From: Minisyncoccota bacterium
GTDB taxonomy: Bacteria > Patescibacteriota > Minisyncoccia > Phycocordibacterales > DATDWN01
Reading direction: 5' to 3'
Length of the DNA stretch: 54,595 bases
Assembly: GCA_041658985.1 (NCBI GenBank)
Contig: JBAZZC010000005.1
Coordinates: forward strand, 1 to 54,595
Position numbers and translations under genes: made by a program. The notes under the pieces were generated by a model that did not search any database, had not been told where the DNA came from, and saw only the letters and a program-made list of their open reading frames with translations. Shown here piece after piece: positions 27,005-35,940 of the stretch. Each line of letters starts with the position of its first letter. Position 1 is the stretch's first letter.

Positions 27005-27250
27005 ATGGAAGAAATTAAACCAATGGCGGTCTACACCACCACTGAGACCCAAAAAGTACTTCGTATCAGCGAAAGCACCATAAAGCGTATGCTTAAAAAT
27101 GGATTAATAAAAGCCAATAAAGTTGGAGGTCAATATCGTATATTAGGTAAAGAACTTTTGCGTTTGGTTTCCCCTATCTTAGAAAAGAAAGCGGTTGATT
27201 CATATCTCAATACAAAGAAAAAAGTCGTCAGTAAAATAAATAGGTGGTAA
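27005..27250 (+). CDS. Excisionase-family (MerR-like) helix-turn-helix DNA-binding protein
   Basis: TTTETQKVLRISESTIKRMLKNGLIKANKVGGQYRILGKELL. I prefer the ATG at 27005 over the GTG at 26999. Confidence 0.6.
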   Translation: MEEIKPMAVYTTTETQKVLRISESTIKRMLKNGLIKANKVGGQYRILGKELLRLVSPILEKKAVDSYLNTKKKVVSKINRW

Positions 27251-27300
27251 GATAGAAAGTTGAAAGCTCATAAAGTAAGAGAGAATAAAATTAAACTAAA

Positions 27301-28140
27301 ATGGAAAAAACGTTAGATCATACTTCAATAACAATTATTAGACCTAAAAAAGTTTTCTCTTTTCGTGATATTACAGAACTTTGGAAATACAAGGAGCTTT
27401 TGTATTTTTTTGTTTGGCGTGACCTCAAAGTACGATACAAACAAACCGCTATCGGTGTGGCCTGGGCAATTATCCAACCATTTATTTCTATGGTTATTTT
27501 TAGTGTCTTTTTTGGTAAATTACTTAACGTACCGTCAGAAGGAATACCATACCCAATCTTTGTTTACACAGGTCTCCTGTTCTGGCAATTTTTTTCTGGA
27601 TCGCTTGGCGAAACAAGTAATTCACTTCTTTCTAACCGTTCAATAATTACTAAAGTCTATTTCCCCCGCCTCATTCTTCCTATCGCTTCTATTGCTGTTC
27701 AGTTTGTGGACTTTTTTGTTGCATCTGTAGTGTTGGTTGGACTAATGTTCTACTATGGCTTTGTGCCACATATTTTAGGAATACTTCTCATACCATTTCT
27801 CCTTTTCATCGCATTTCTCGCTGCTATGGGTGGAGGAATGATTCTCGCATCTATAAATGTTAAATACCGAGATGTTAGATATGTTTTGCCTTATTTTATT
27901 CAAATCCTGCTATTTTTAACACCTGTTATTTACCCGCCCTCCATTGCTGGTAAATATTCCTGGATTCTGGCAATCAATCCATTGACCGCAGTTATTAAGG
28001 GCGCACGTGGAGCGCTACTTGGCACAGAACCGGTAAATTGGTTGCTACTTTCTATTTCACTCACCGCTGTTACGGTTATGTTTGTTGTTGGTCTTTATTT
28101 ATTTAAAAAGACTGAAAGATATTTTGCAGACGTTGTATAA
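27301..28140 (+). CDS. wzm: ABC-2 type polysaccharide export permease (Wzm/TagG-like)
   Basis: Six-TM ABC-2 pattern with WRDLKVRYKQTAIGVAWAIIQPF and KVYFPRLILP. Confidence 0.85.
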   Translation: MEKTLDHTSITIIRPKKVFSFRDITELWKYKELLYFFVWRDLKVRYKQTAIGVAWAIIQPFISMVIFSVFFGKLLNVPSEGIPYPIFVYTGLLFWQFFSGSLGETSNSLLSNRSIITKVYFPRLILPIASIAVQFVDFFVASVVLVGLMFYYGFVPHILGILLIPFLLFIAFLAAMGGGMILASINVKYRDVRYVLPYFIQILLFLTPVIYPPSIAGKYSWILAINPLTAVIKGARGALLGTEPVNWLLLSISLTAVTVMFVVGLYLFKKTERYFADVV

Positions 28141-28147
28141 AAAAATC

Positions 28148-29413
28148 ATGGAACCTATAATAACAGCAAAAAATTTATCTAAGTCATATAAAATTATTCA
28201 TGAAAAAGGAAGTTATGTTACTTTGCGTGATGTAATAACCGAATCTATCAAACATCCTTTTAAATTTTTAAAAAATAAAGCTAAGCAAGCAACTGGTAGA
28301 GAAATAAAAGAAACATTTTGGGCACTTAAAAATGTTAACTTCGAAATCAAAAAAGGGGAAACGCTGGGCATCATTGGTGCAAATGGCTCTGGCAAATCAA
28401 CACTACTTAAAATATTATCCCAGATTACTCCTCCAACCGAGGGCGAAGTCACTGTAAGAGGTAAAATGACTTCCCTTCTTGAGGTTGGTACTGGTTTTCA
28501 CCCAGAATTAACTGGACGAGAAAATATTTTCTTAAATGGAGCTATTCTTGGTATGTCGAGAAAAGAAATTGCAAAAAAGTTTGATGAAATCGTTACTTTT
28601 GCAGGTGTGGAACAATTTCTTGATACACCAGTAAAATATTACTCCTCTGGTATGTATGTCCGCCTTGCCTTTGCAGTAGCGGCTCATATGGAACCAGATA
28701 TTTTGGTTATAGATGAAGTTCTGGCTGTTGGAGACGTAGAGTTCCAGAAAAAGTGTTTTGGTAAAATTGAACAGGTGACAAAAGAAGCCGGACGTACTGT
28801 ACTTTTTGTAAGTCACAACATGGGTGCAATTCAAACTTTGTGTAAAAAATGTATTCTTCTCAAAAAAGGCCAGATTGAAATGTTTGGAGAGACAGAGGAA
28901 GTTGTAAATAAATATCTTGATTCAAATAAAAACCTGGAGTCAATTACAACATATCTAGTAAAAGAAAATCTTGATGCACAAATAATGAAGGTTTCAATAC
29001 TTAATCAGAATAAAATCCCACAACCACAAATACCCCTGAATGAAAAATTTTTTATTGAAATGGATTATGTTGTCAGAAAACCAATAGAAAATGCCTTGAC
29101 CACAATTGAATTCCTAGACAATAGTGACTCCTTACTTTTGTTTTCAACTGAGATGGATAAAAAACCCTCTTTACAAAATTATAAGGTTGGTTCATACACC
29201 ACAACGATTGAAATACCCGCTTATCTTTTTAATTTTGGACAATATTCTTGTCGGCTCAACATTGAACATCCGTTTATCGCTAGGGTAGATTCAGTGAAAG
29301 GAATAAATTTTGAAGTATCAGACGCTGAACAAAGTAGAGCAAGAATATTATTTAGAGGAAAAAGTATTGGGAAAATAACAACCATTCTTAATTACAATAC
29401 AAAAAGAAATTAA
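28148..29413 (+). CDS. wzt: Polysaccharide export ABC ATPase with a C-terminal extension of about 175 aa (Wzt/TagH-like)
   Basis: I place the start at MEPIITAKNLSKSY (ATG at 28148). Motifs are Walker A GANGSGKST, signature YSSGM, Walker B ILVIDE and H-loop VSHNM. An extra non-NBD C-terminal domain follows. Confidence 0.88.
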   Translation: MEPIITAKNLSKSYKIIHEKGSYVTLRDVITESIKHPFKFLKNKAKQATGREIKETFWALKNVNFEIKKGETLGIIGANGSGKSTLLKILSQITPPTEGEVTVRGKMTSLLEVGTGFHPELTGRENIFLNGAILGMSRKEIAKKFDEIVTFAGVEQFLDTPVKYYSSGMYVRLAFAVAAHMEPDILVIDEVLAVGDVEFQKKCFGKIEQVTKEAGRTVLFVSHNMGAIQTLCKKCILLKKGQIEMFGETEEVVNKYLDSNKNLESITTYLVKENLDAQIMKVSILNQNKIPQPQIPLNEKFFIEMDYVVRKPIENALTTIEFLDNSDSLLLFSTEMDKKPSLQNYKVGSYTTTIEIPAYLFNFGQYSCRLNIEHPFIARVDSVKGINFEVSDAEQSRARILFRGKSIGKITTILNYNTKRN

Positions 29414-30474
29414 TGGAAAAAATACGTTTTATCACAAAAATAAAAAACGCGTATAAGATGTTAAAAAATGAGGGTTTTGGACCTCTATTCTATAAAATCC
29501 AGAGATTTTCTTATCATAAAACTAAGGCTTTCATAAGAAAAATATTTCCTTATGAAGGAAAAAGGTTGCGAGAAGCTGCGAATAATTATGTAAAAAGCGA
29601 TGGTAGTCTACCAAGCCTTTCAATCATAATTCCAATATTGGGACACCATGACATGACGCAATTTTGTATTAATAAAATTATAGAGCATCACAAGCAGGAA
29701 ATTGAAATCTTGGTTGTAGATAATGGCAACGATTTTATAGCAGAACCAATTCCACTTAAGTCAAACGTCCATTTAAAAGTTGTCCATCCTGAAGAAGGTA
29801 ATATAGGCGTATACCCTGTTTTTGATTATGGTATTAGACACACAGAAGGAGAAATAATTTTATTTATGCACAATGATTTGATTCTGAATGAAAACGGTTT
29901 TGATATTCTTTTAAAATATGTTTTTGCTAAAAACAAAGATTTTGGGCTTGTCGGATTTGTCGGGTCTGATGAAATAAATGAAAATGGCGGACGAGGCTGG
30001 GGAACAACTTCAAATCTTGAGAAAAAAACTTACACATATAAAGATAAAACATGGACCGGTCCTCCGGCAGAGCTTTTCGGTAGTAAGTTTGATGGATTAA
30101 CAAATGCTGTTTTTATTGATGCTTGTTCAATGGCAATCCGTCGTAGCACATGGGAAAAAATCGGATTTAGAAAAGACTTTCCTATCAGTAGCCATTCGCA
30201 TGACCGACTAACATGTATGCAAGTTTTAGAAGCGGGTCAAAGGATTGCCGTTCTAGGAGTAGCATGTGACCATATGGACGGACAAACAAGATTTTATCCA
30301 ATTGATAAAAAATATCCCAATGCCTATCAAATATGGTGCGAGAAAAATAATATCCCGAAAGTTTTTAAAAATGATGGCAGTGTAGATTGGGATTGGACTA
30401 TGCGTTATGAAGCCAAGCGTCTTTTCCTAAAAGAGTGGAGGGATGAGAAAAAATTCATTCCGAGAAGAGTATAA
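29413..30474 (+). CDS. Family 2 glycosyltransferase
   Basis: Signatures are LSIIIPILGHHDMT and EILVVDNGND, followed by a DxD-like MHNDL. The start overlaps the wzt stop (TAATG). Confidence 0.65.
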   Translation: MEKIRFITKIKNAYKMLKNEGFGPLFYKIQRFSYHKTKAFIRKIFPYEGKRLREAANNYVKSDGSLPSLSIIIPILGHHDMTQFCINKIIEHHKQEIEILVVDNGNDFIAEPIPLKSNVHLKVVHPEEGNIGVYPVFDYGIRHTEGEIILFMHNDLILNENGFDILLKYVFAKNKDFGLVGFVGSDEINENGGRGWGTTSNLEKKTYTYKDKTWTGPPAELFGSKFDGLTNAVFIDACSMAIRRSTWEKIGFRKDFPISSHSHDRLTCMQVLEAGQRIAVLGVACDHMDGQTRFYPIDKKYPNAYQIWCEKNNIPKVFKNDGSVDWDWTMRYEAKRLFLKEWRDEKKFIPRRV

Positions 30475-30476
30475 TT

Positions 30477-31283
30477 TTATACATATGACAGAAATGCCTT
30501 ATAACAATTCAATTCAAAATCATCTTTAGGAACTGGAGTTTTTCCAGAGAGAATTTCGTCACGAAAATACTTGAGCAATGAGTAGACATCAGCCATTTGA
30601 GTATGTTTACCATGCAAGTAAATCACTGGCTCAAGTGTAGTGTTTTGGCTTGCATTAAAAATGGACACTACAACATCTCCAACATATACAAGCTCAATTG
30701 GTGCGATTGGATAGACAGTTGAGGGTTTATTTTGAGCCAATTCGTGGCAAAAAGTAGCAAAAGCTGAACCCACATAAGGCTTAAGAGACTTGTTAAAAAT
30801 GTGTGGAGACTCACCAAAAATATGAGGGGAAATGATTATTGTGGTCGGAGTATTGTTTTTCTTACCCCACTCGGCAATTAAGAGTTCAGAATCTTTTTTT
30901 GAACGGCCATATGGTGTGTCTTTGTCACGGTGAACCGAGGATAAAAAAATAATTTTTGGGCAGAGATTTAAACTCTCTAATCTATCCAAAATTTTTCTCG
31001 TCAATCCGACATTAGTGTCATAAATCTCTTTTTGGTCAGCTCTATTTGATAAACCCGCTAAGTGGACAATAACATCACACACCTTTAATTTATCTATTAA
31101 CTTTTTTCTTTGCCCCGTACCGTGCTCTGCTCTGGTACTGGGGTCATCCTTAAAATCTTCCCTGTCTATTAAAACGGGCTTATATTCATCTGTATATTTT
31201 TCCAAATAATAGTTTAGATGTGAACCGACCAATCCTGTGGAGCCAGTTATTCCTATATGTATCATAATTGGCGATTGTACCAT
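30477..31283 (-). CDS. NAD-dependent epimerase/dehydratase-family SDR
   Basis: The Rossmann motif is IGITGSTGLVGSHL. YxxxK occurs in TPYGRSKKDSE. Confidence 0.6.
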   Translation of the reverse strand: MVQSPIMIHIGITGSTGLVGSHLNYYLEKYTDEYKPVLIDREDFKDDPSTRAEHGTGQRKKLIDKLKVCDVIVHLAGLSNRADQKEIYDTNVGLTRKILDRLESLNLCPKIIFLSSVHRDKDTPYGRSKKDSELLIAEWGKKNNTPTTIIISPHIFGESPHIFNKSLKPYVGSAFATFCHELAQNKPSTVYPIAPIELVYVGDVVVSIFNASQNTTLEPVIYLHGKHTQMADVYSLLKYFRDEILSGKTPVPKDDFELNCYKAFLSYV

Positions 31284-31286
31284 AAA

Positions 31287-31448
31287 CTAAAACAGAGCGT
31301 AAATGAATGGGGAAAGTATGGAACTTTGTCCAAGTGTTATAAGAATTCCTCCAATCAAAACGGCGATAATAATAGGTGTAAGCCACCAGAGCTTTCTTTC
31401 TTTGATAAAATCCCAAAATTCTAATAGAAATGATTTGTTGTGATTCAT
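31287..31448 (-). CDS. DUF5989-like (SxtK-like) 53-aa membrane protein; not in the supplied ORF track (under 60 aa)
   Basis: Manual translation gives MNHNKSFLLEFWDFIKERKLWWLTPIIIAVLIGGILITLGQSSILSPFIYALF*. Its ATG overlaps the SGNH gene stop (ATGA at 31448-31445), and its TAG at 31289-31287 lies 3 nt before the next ATG. The pattern F(W/L)xFhKxRKhWWLxPIhh...GSxhxPFIYxLF is characteristic of this family. Confidence 0.7.
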   Translation of the reverse strand: MNHNKSFLLEFWDFIKERKLWWLTPIIIAVLIGGILITLGQSSILSPFIYALF

Positions 31449-32719
31449 TTTGGTATTATACCACGATTCAGTAATGTTTCTAATATAATATTGCTGATAA
31501 AAATATTTCCGGCTTCATTTGGGTGAATGCTGTCGCCAAGAAGATACAAACTCTTATATTCCGGAGTATCAAGATACGAAAGCAAGTCAAGTATATCTAT
31601 GTCGTATTCCTGACCCATTTTATCCAATTGTTCTTGCGGAAATCTGGTCAATCCATATGAGTAGGAAAACTGTTCAGTTTGAGGAAATATGACGATGAGA
31701 AATTTTATATTCTTCTTTGAAAGTTCCTCATTAAATTTCAGCAATTTCTTTTGAAAACTAGACCAGTCTTCTGTCCACTTTTTTTTCAGAGAATAGTTAA
31801 AGTAAGCCAGATTGTAGTTATCGCGTTCACTTTTTTTATTTGTGGAACTAAATATGGTATATACAATGTTACAAAGCGTACACCTACTCTTTATATAATC
31901 CAGTAATCTCGGATTTTCTGTGCGTATCCCCTTGACTTCTTTTTTTTGTGCTGTTTCAATATCTTCTTTTTCCTGTTTTATTAATTCTGGAGTAAGTGCA
32001 TCTATATCATTTAGAAAAAGCCCTAATATTACAACATCTGGATTGTACTTGTTTCCTTCCTCTGTAAAATAAGCGTATTCACTATCAAAATCGTAGCCAT
32101 TAACTCCAGCTTTTATTATCTCAACAGCATGATCTCCATCAACTAGTTTTTTTTCAAGTTGATACAGATATGTTTTTTCGAACGGAATTCCCGCGCCAAA
32201 AGTAATTGAATCGCCCAGTCCTAGAATTCTTGTTACATCTTTCTGTTTTTCATATTGGTGCTCATTGTCTCTTAACCCTTTTGAATTTATTTCAATAGCA
32301 ATATTTTGATATGGGGGATTAGGAAAGTATCCCTTGAAGTTCGGTGTGTAGACATAACCCATTTTTTCGTTTGGTTCAAAAAGCCTCGGCGGATATCCGT
32401 ACCACCCTCCAATTGGGCTTTTCCATATAAGTTTAGTGCCAAATTCAAGAACAAAAATTGAAAAAAGAGAAATAATCACAAGAAGAGCAATCTCCTTTTT
32501 CTTTTTTATAAAAAAATCTGGGATCAGAAAAAAAGCCACACCTAAACCAGCCATGACTATCTCTGCGATGATTATAACCAAAATCACCATCATATTCTCT
32601 ATTGATCCTCTAATTAGTATTTCTCCTAGAAATACAGGATTAAAGACCATCGCTAGTATGGAGAAAAGAAGACCCACTAATCTCAAAATGAATTTGCTAG
32701 TCAATTGCATTTTTTTCAC
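31445..32719 (-). CDS. Membrane-anchored SGNH/GDSL hydrolase-family protein
   Basis: N-terminal TM segments are followed by block I ILGLGDSITFGAG and block V GDSIHPNEAGN. Confidence 0.75.
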   Translation of the reverse strand: MKKMQLTSKFILRLVGLLFSILAMVFNPVFLGEILIRGSIENMMVILVIIIAEIVMAGLGVAFFLIPDFFIKKKKEIALLVIISLFSIFVLEFGTKLIWKSPIGGWYGYPPRLFEPNEKMGYVYTPNFKGYFPNPPYQNIAIEINSKGLRDNEHQYEKQKDVTRILGLGDSITFGAGIPFEKTYLYQLEKKLVDGDHAVEIIKAGVNGYDFDSEYAYFTEEGNKYNPDVVILGLFLNDIDALTPELIKQEKEDIETAQKKEVKGIRTENPRLLDYIKSRCTLCNIVYTIFSSTNKKSERDNYNLAYFNYSLKKKWTEDWSSFQKKLLKFNEELSKKNIKFLIVIFPQTEQFSYSYGLTRFPQEQLDKMGQEYDIDILDLLSYLDTPEYKSLYLLGDSIHPNEAGNIFISNIILETLLNRGIIPK

Positions 32720-34460
32720 TATCCCAAGCGTGTTTTAAATTATCGCTTCGTTTTACTAGATAATTTCCAATTATTAAATAATCTATTTCAGTACCCATCA
32801 TACATTTATAGGCATCGAGTGGTGAGCAAACTATTGGTTCCCCTCTTATATTAAAAGATGTATTAATGATAATAGGAATGTTTGAGATACTACCAACCTC
32901 CTTGATAATATCATAATACATTTGGTTTTGTTCTCTATTGACTGATTGGAGTCGTCCACTACCATCAACATGTGTTACGGAAGGTATTTTCTTCCTCCAT
33001 TCTTTTTTTATTGGATAAACCATGAGCATAAAATCTGTCGGCATAGGTAGAGGAATATCACATTCAAAATACCGTGCGACATCATCAGCACATATAGCCG
33101 GCGCAAATGGCCTAAATTTTTCTCTGTGTTTTACTTTTGTATTCAAAAGTTCTTGAGCTTTTGGATTTTGTGAGTTAGCAAGAATACTTCTTGCTCCCAA
33201 AGCTCTTGGCCCCCACTCCATTTTTCCCTGAAAATATCCCATAACATTATTTTTACAGATAAGACTTGCGATTTCTTTTACCATAGTTCCTAGTTCCAGT
33301 TCTTTATAAACAATTTTATTATTGTCAAGGAATGTTTGGATTTCTATACTGGAAAATTCGGGCCCAAAATAAGCATCTTTCATTATATAACTTCTTCTAT
33401 TATTTAGAATTGCGTGATAAATGTAAGATGCTACTCCAACACTTGCACCACCATCTCCAGAATCTGGCTGTATCCAGATGTTTTTAAATGGAGTATTTTT
33501 TAAAATTTTTCCGTTGTAGACGCTGTTTAATCCACATCCACCAGAGATAACTATGTTTTCACACTGAGTCATTGAATAAACGTGGTTTAAAATTTTTGTC
33601 ATTATTTCTTCAAAAAGTAACTGGAGTGCCGCAGCAATATTTTTATGACGATCTGTAATTTCCGACTCCTCTTTTCGTACGGGTCCACCTAAAAGTTCGC
33701 AAAGTTTTTTTGAAGGCATTTTGTCAGCATAGTGATAGACAAAATACGACATATCCATTCTGAAACTCCCATCCTCTTTCACGTCAATTATATTTTTCAA
33801 TTTCTCAAAATAAGGATTTTCTTTTTTATCCATTAATCCATGAGCAGAAAGTCCCATCACTTTATATTCGGAGTTATTAACACTAAAACCAAGATAAGCG
33901 GTTATGGTTGAGTACAAAAGCCCAAGAGAATGAGGAAATGTTATCTGTTTTTGGAGAGTTATATTGTTTCCATTCCCCATGCCGTATGAGGTCGTTGTCC
34001 ATTCTCCTACACCATCGGCAGTCATAATTGCCGCTACTTCAAATGGACTCAAAAGAAAAGTGCTTGCAGCATGGGCGAGATGGTGCTCTATAAAGAGAAT
34101 GTCCCCTTTGTATTTTAGTTTCTTGCGAATGGCTTTTGTCACCCGTAGTTTTTCGTTTATCCATGACGGTATGGAACTAACAAATGTTTTTAAACTTTTC
34201 GGAAACATTTCAAGATGCTGACTCAAAACTCTTTCAAATTTAACAAAAGGTTTTTCATAAAAACCTACATAGGATATGTCGTGAATATCAATATTCTGAC
34301 TGCTTAAGCAGTACAGTATTGAATGGATAGGAAATGATGAATCGTGTTTCTTTCTGGTAAATCTTTCTTCTTGCGCCGCTGCGACAATCACGCCGTCTTT
34401 TAGAAGCGCAGCTGAAGCATCGTGATAGTAACAACTTATTCCTAAAATATATTTTGACAT
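32697..34460 (-). CDS. Carbamoyltransferase (NodU/CmcH family)
   Basis: Signatures are ILGISCYYHDASAALLKDGVIVAAAQEERFTRKKHDSSFP, LAHAASTF, GGCGLNSV and the C-terminal TSFNIRGEPIVCSP. Confidence 0.9.
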   Translation of the reverse strand: MSKYILGISCYYHDASAALLKDGVIVAAAQEERFTRKKHDSSFPIHSILYCLSSQNIDIHDISYVGFYEKPFVKFERVLSQHLEMFPKSLKTFVSSIPSWINEKLRVTKAIRKKLKYKGDILFIEHHLAHAASTFLLSPFEVAAIMTADGVGEWTTTSYGMGNGNNITLQKQITFPHSLGLLYSTITAYLGFSVNNSEYKVMGLSAHGLMDKKENPYFEKLKNIIDVKEDGSFRMDMSYFVYHYADKMPSKKLCELLGGPVRKEESEITDRHKNIAAALQLLFEEIMTKILNHVYSMTQCENIVISGGCGLNSVYNGKILKNTPFKNIWIQPDSGDGGASVGVASYIYHAILNNRRSYIMKDAYFGPEFSSIEIQTFLDNNKIVYKELELGTMVKEIASLICKNNVMGYFQGKMEWGPRALGARSILANSQNPKAQELLNTKVKHREKFRPFAPAICADDVARYFECDIPLPMPTDFMLMVYPIKKEWRKKIPSVTHVDGSGRLQSVNREQNQMYYDIIKEVGSISNIPIIINTSFNIRGEPIVCSPLDAYKCMMGTEIDYLIIGNYLVKRSDNLKHAWDSEKNAID

Positions 34461-34463
34461 AAA

Positions 34464-34709
34464 TTAAAACTGCTTATAGTATTTTTCTATAGATTTTTTA
34501 CTTAAATTAAGATTTTCCCAATAAGTTTCTGTATCTTTATCTAAGGAAAGTTTAAGGAAATGTTTTTGTGTTAGTTTGGCTATAAAAAAAGTTGGTCCAA
34601 CAGCAAGAATGTAGACAAAAAAGAGAAGAGTGGTGTTTACCACTCGTCCGACATGCTGCCCAAAGGCATTCATACCATTTTTAAACCCAATGAAGAAACA
34701 ATGTGTCAT
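34464..34709 (-). CDS. Small membrane protein resembling the C-terminal half of SxtJ-family proteins
   Basis: GMNAFGQHVGRVVNTTLLFFVYILAVGPTFFIAKLTQKHFLKLSLDKDTETYWENL. It lies immediately upstream of the carbamoyltransferase. Confidence 0.45.
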   Translation of the reverse strand: MTHCFFIGFKNGMNAFGQHVGRVVNTTLLFFVYILAVGPTFFIAKLTQKHFLKLSLDKDTETYWENLNLSKKSIEKYYKQF

Positions 34710-34710
34710 A

Positions 34711-34914
34711 TTAGGATATTAATTTTTTAAAAATAAGACTGATACAAATAATGCTCAGTGGAATGACAATCGCAATTTCATAATGTGGCAGTGATAAACC
34801 GGATTTTCTGAAAAAAAAGATAAAGAAAACAATTGTGGAAAAAAGCATATAGGAAAAAGAGAATCCAACCACCTTACCCACAGTTTCAGCCATTGATATT
34901 TTCTTTTCAAACAT
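34711..34914 (-). CDS. Two-TM small membrane protein (possibly the N-terminal half of a split SxtJ-like gene)
   Basis: 67-aa ORF whose TAA lies 1 nt before the ATG of the next ORF. Together the two ORFs total about 148 aa. Confidence 0.4.
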   Translation of the reverse strand: MFEKKISMAETVGKVVGFSFSYMLFSTIVFFIFFFRKSGLSLPHYEIAIVIPLSIICISLIFKKLIS

Positions 34915-34960
34915 CTTAAAATAATACCGATTTTTAATATCCTGTCAATTTATAAAAATA

Positions 34961-34989
34961 TTGAAAATTTGTACTTTGTATTGTATGAT
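34961..34989 (+). promoter_or_regulatory. Sigma-70-like promoter for the 35009-42402 plus-strand operon
   Basis: TTGAAA (34961-34966), a 17-nt spacer, then TATGAT (34984-34989), 20 nt upstream of the first ATG. Confidence 0.4.
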
Positions 34990-35008
34990 GTAAAATCATC
35001 CAAAGTAT

Positions 35009-35653
35009 ATGACGTCATTTAAAAAAATACCCCAAATAACACTTGGCGTCTTGAAAAAAATTCGTTTTTATTTCTACAAAATAAAAACCTCTGCTACTTT
35101 AGGGAGGGTTAATAAAATCAACATAGGAAGCGGCAATACACCTCTACCAGAATATTGCGGCATAGATAAATACTACAAAGCTGATTTGGTTTTGGATTTG
35201 AGTAAGAGTTTATTGCCCTTTAAAAATAATTCTATTGATGCAGCCATTTGCATTTCGGCAATAAACTACTTCAAGAGAGAACGTGGAGAAGAAATCATAA
35301 AGGACGTGTATCGAGTTTTAAAAAGAGGTGGAGTAGCACGATTTGGAGTTCAAGATCTAAAGGCTATTGCTAAAAAATATACAGCAAATGATACAACTTT
35401 TTTCTTTCAAAAACTCCCAAATGGCAGAGATAGATTTAAGGGCGGAGAAACAATGTGTGACAAAATCAATTGCTGGTTTTATGGATATGGGGGCGGAAAA
35501 TATATGTATGATTACGAAACCCTGTCCATTTTATTTAGAAAAGCAGGATTTCAAACTGTAGAACAAAAAAATTACAGGGAAAGTGTTTTGGAAAATATAG
35601 ATATGATAGATAATCGCCCCGACCAGATGTTTTTCCTGGAAGCAATAAAATAG
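35009..35653 (+). CDS. Class I SAM-dependent methyltransferase
   Basis: Signatures are INIGSGNTPLPEYCGIDKY, SIDAAICISAINYF and VLKRGGVARFGV. Confidence 0.6.
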   Translation: MTSFKKIPQITLGVLKKIRFYFYKIKTSATLGRVNKINIGSGNTPLPEYCGIDKYYKADLVLDLSKSLLPFKNNSIDAAICISAINYFKRERGEEIIKDVYRVLKRGGVARFGVQDLKAIAKKYTANDTTFFFQKLPNGRDRFKGGETMCDKINCWFYGYGGGKYMYDYETLSILFRKAGFQTVEQKNYRESVLENIDMIDNRPDQMFFLEAIK

Positions 35654-35658
35654 GATGA

Positions 35659-35938
35659 ATCCCGTACAAAATGCACAATATGTTTTACACATATATATTA
35701 AAAAGCAAGAAAAATGGTAGGCTATACACTGGATATACAGAAAACCTACGGAAACGCTTAAGCGAGTATAATGCGAGAAAATCTACATATACCAAACACA
35801 GAGGTTTATATGAGCTTATTTATTATGAAGCATGTACAGAACAAACAGATGCAAGGTCGAGAGAATTATATCTTAAATCGGGAAAAGGCAAGCGATACCT
35901 CAAAACTCGCTTAAAGCATTTCCTATTTCGTACGGGAT
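35659..35938 (+). mobile_element. GIY-YIG cassette G1: 280-bp unit bounded by the inverted repeat ATCCCGTAC(A)AAAT / ATTTCGTACGGGAT
   Basis: The left arm is 35659-35672 and the right arm 35925-35938. ATGAA is present on both sides (35655-35659 and 35937-41). About 94 percent nt identity to G2 over the ORF. Confidence 0.7.
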
Positions 35939-35940
35939 GA
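35671..35940 (+). CDS. GIY-YIG nuclease-family protein (catalytic domain only, 89 aa), copy 1
   Basis: Signatures are FYTYILKSKKNGRLYTGYTENLRKRLSEYN and ELIYYE...ARSRELYLKSGKGKRYL. The canonical HN.G motif is altered to YNAR in this copy. An alternative start is the ATG at 35680. Confidence 0.8.
   Translation: MHNMFYTYILKSKKNGRLYTGYTENLRKRLSEYNARKSTYTKHRGLYELIYYEACTEQTDARSRELYLKSGKGKRYLKTRLKHFLFRTG

Noticed and set aside
31186-31416. 76-aa minus-strand ORF listed in the track.
   Set aside because: It overlaps the N-terminus of the SDR gene and is out of frame with the much more convincing 53-aa DUF5989-like ORF at 31287-31448, which is translationally coupled on both sides.
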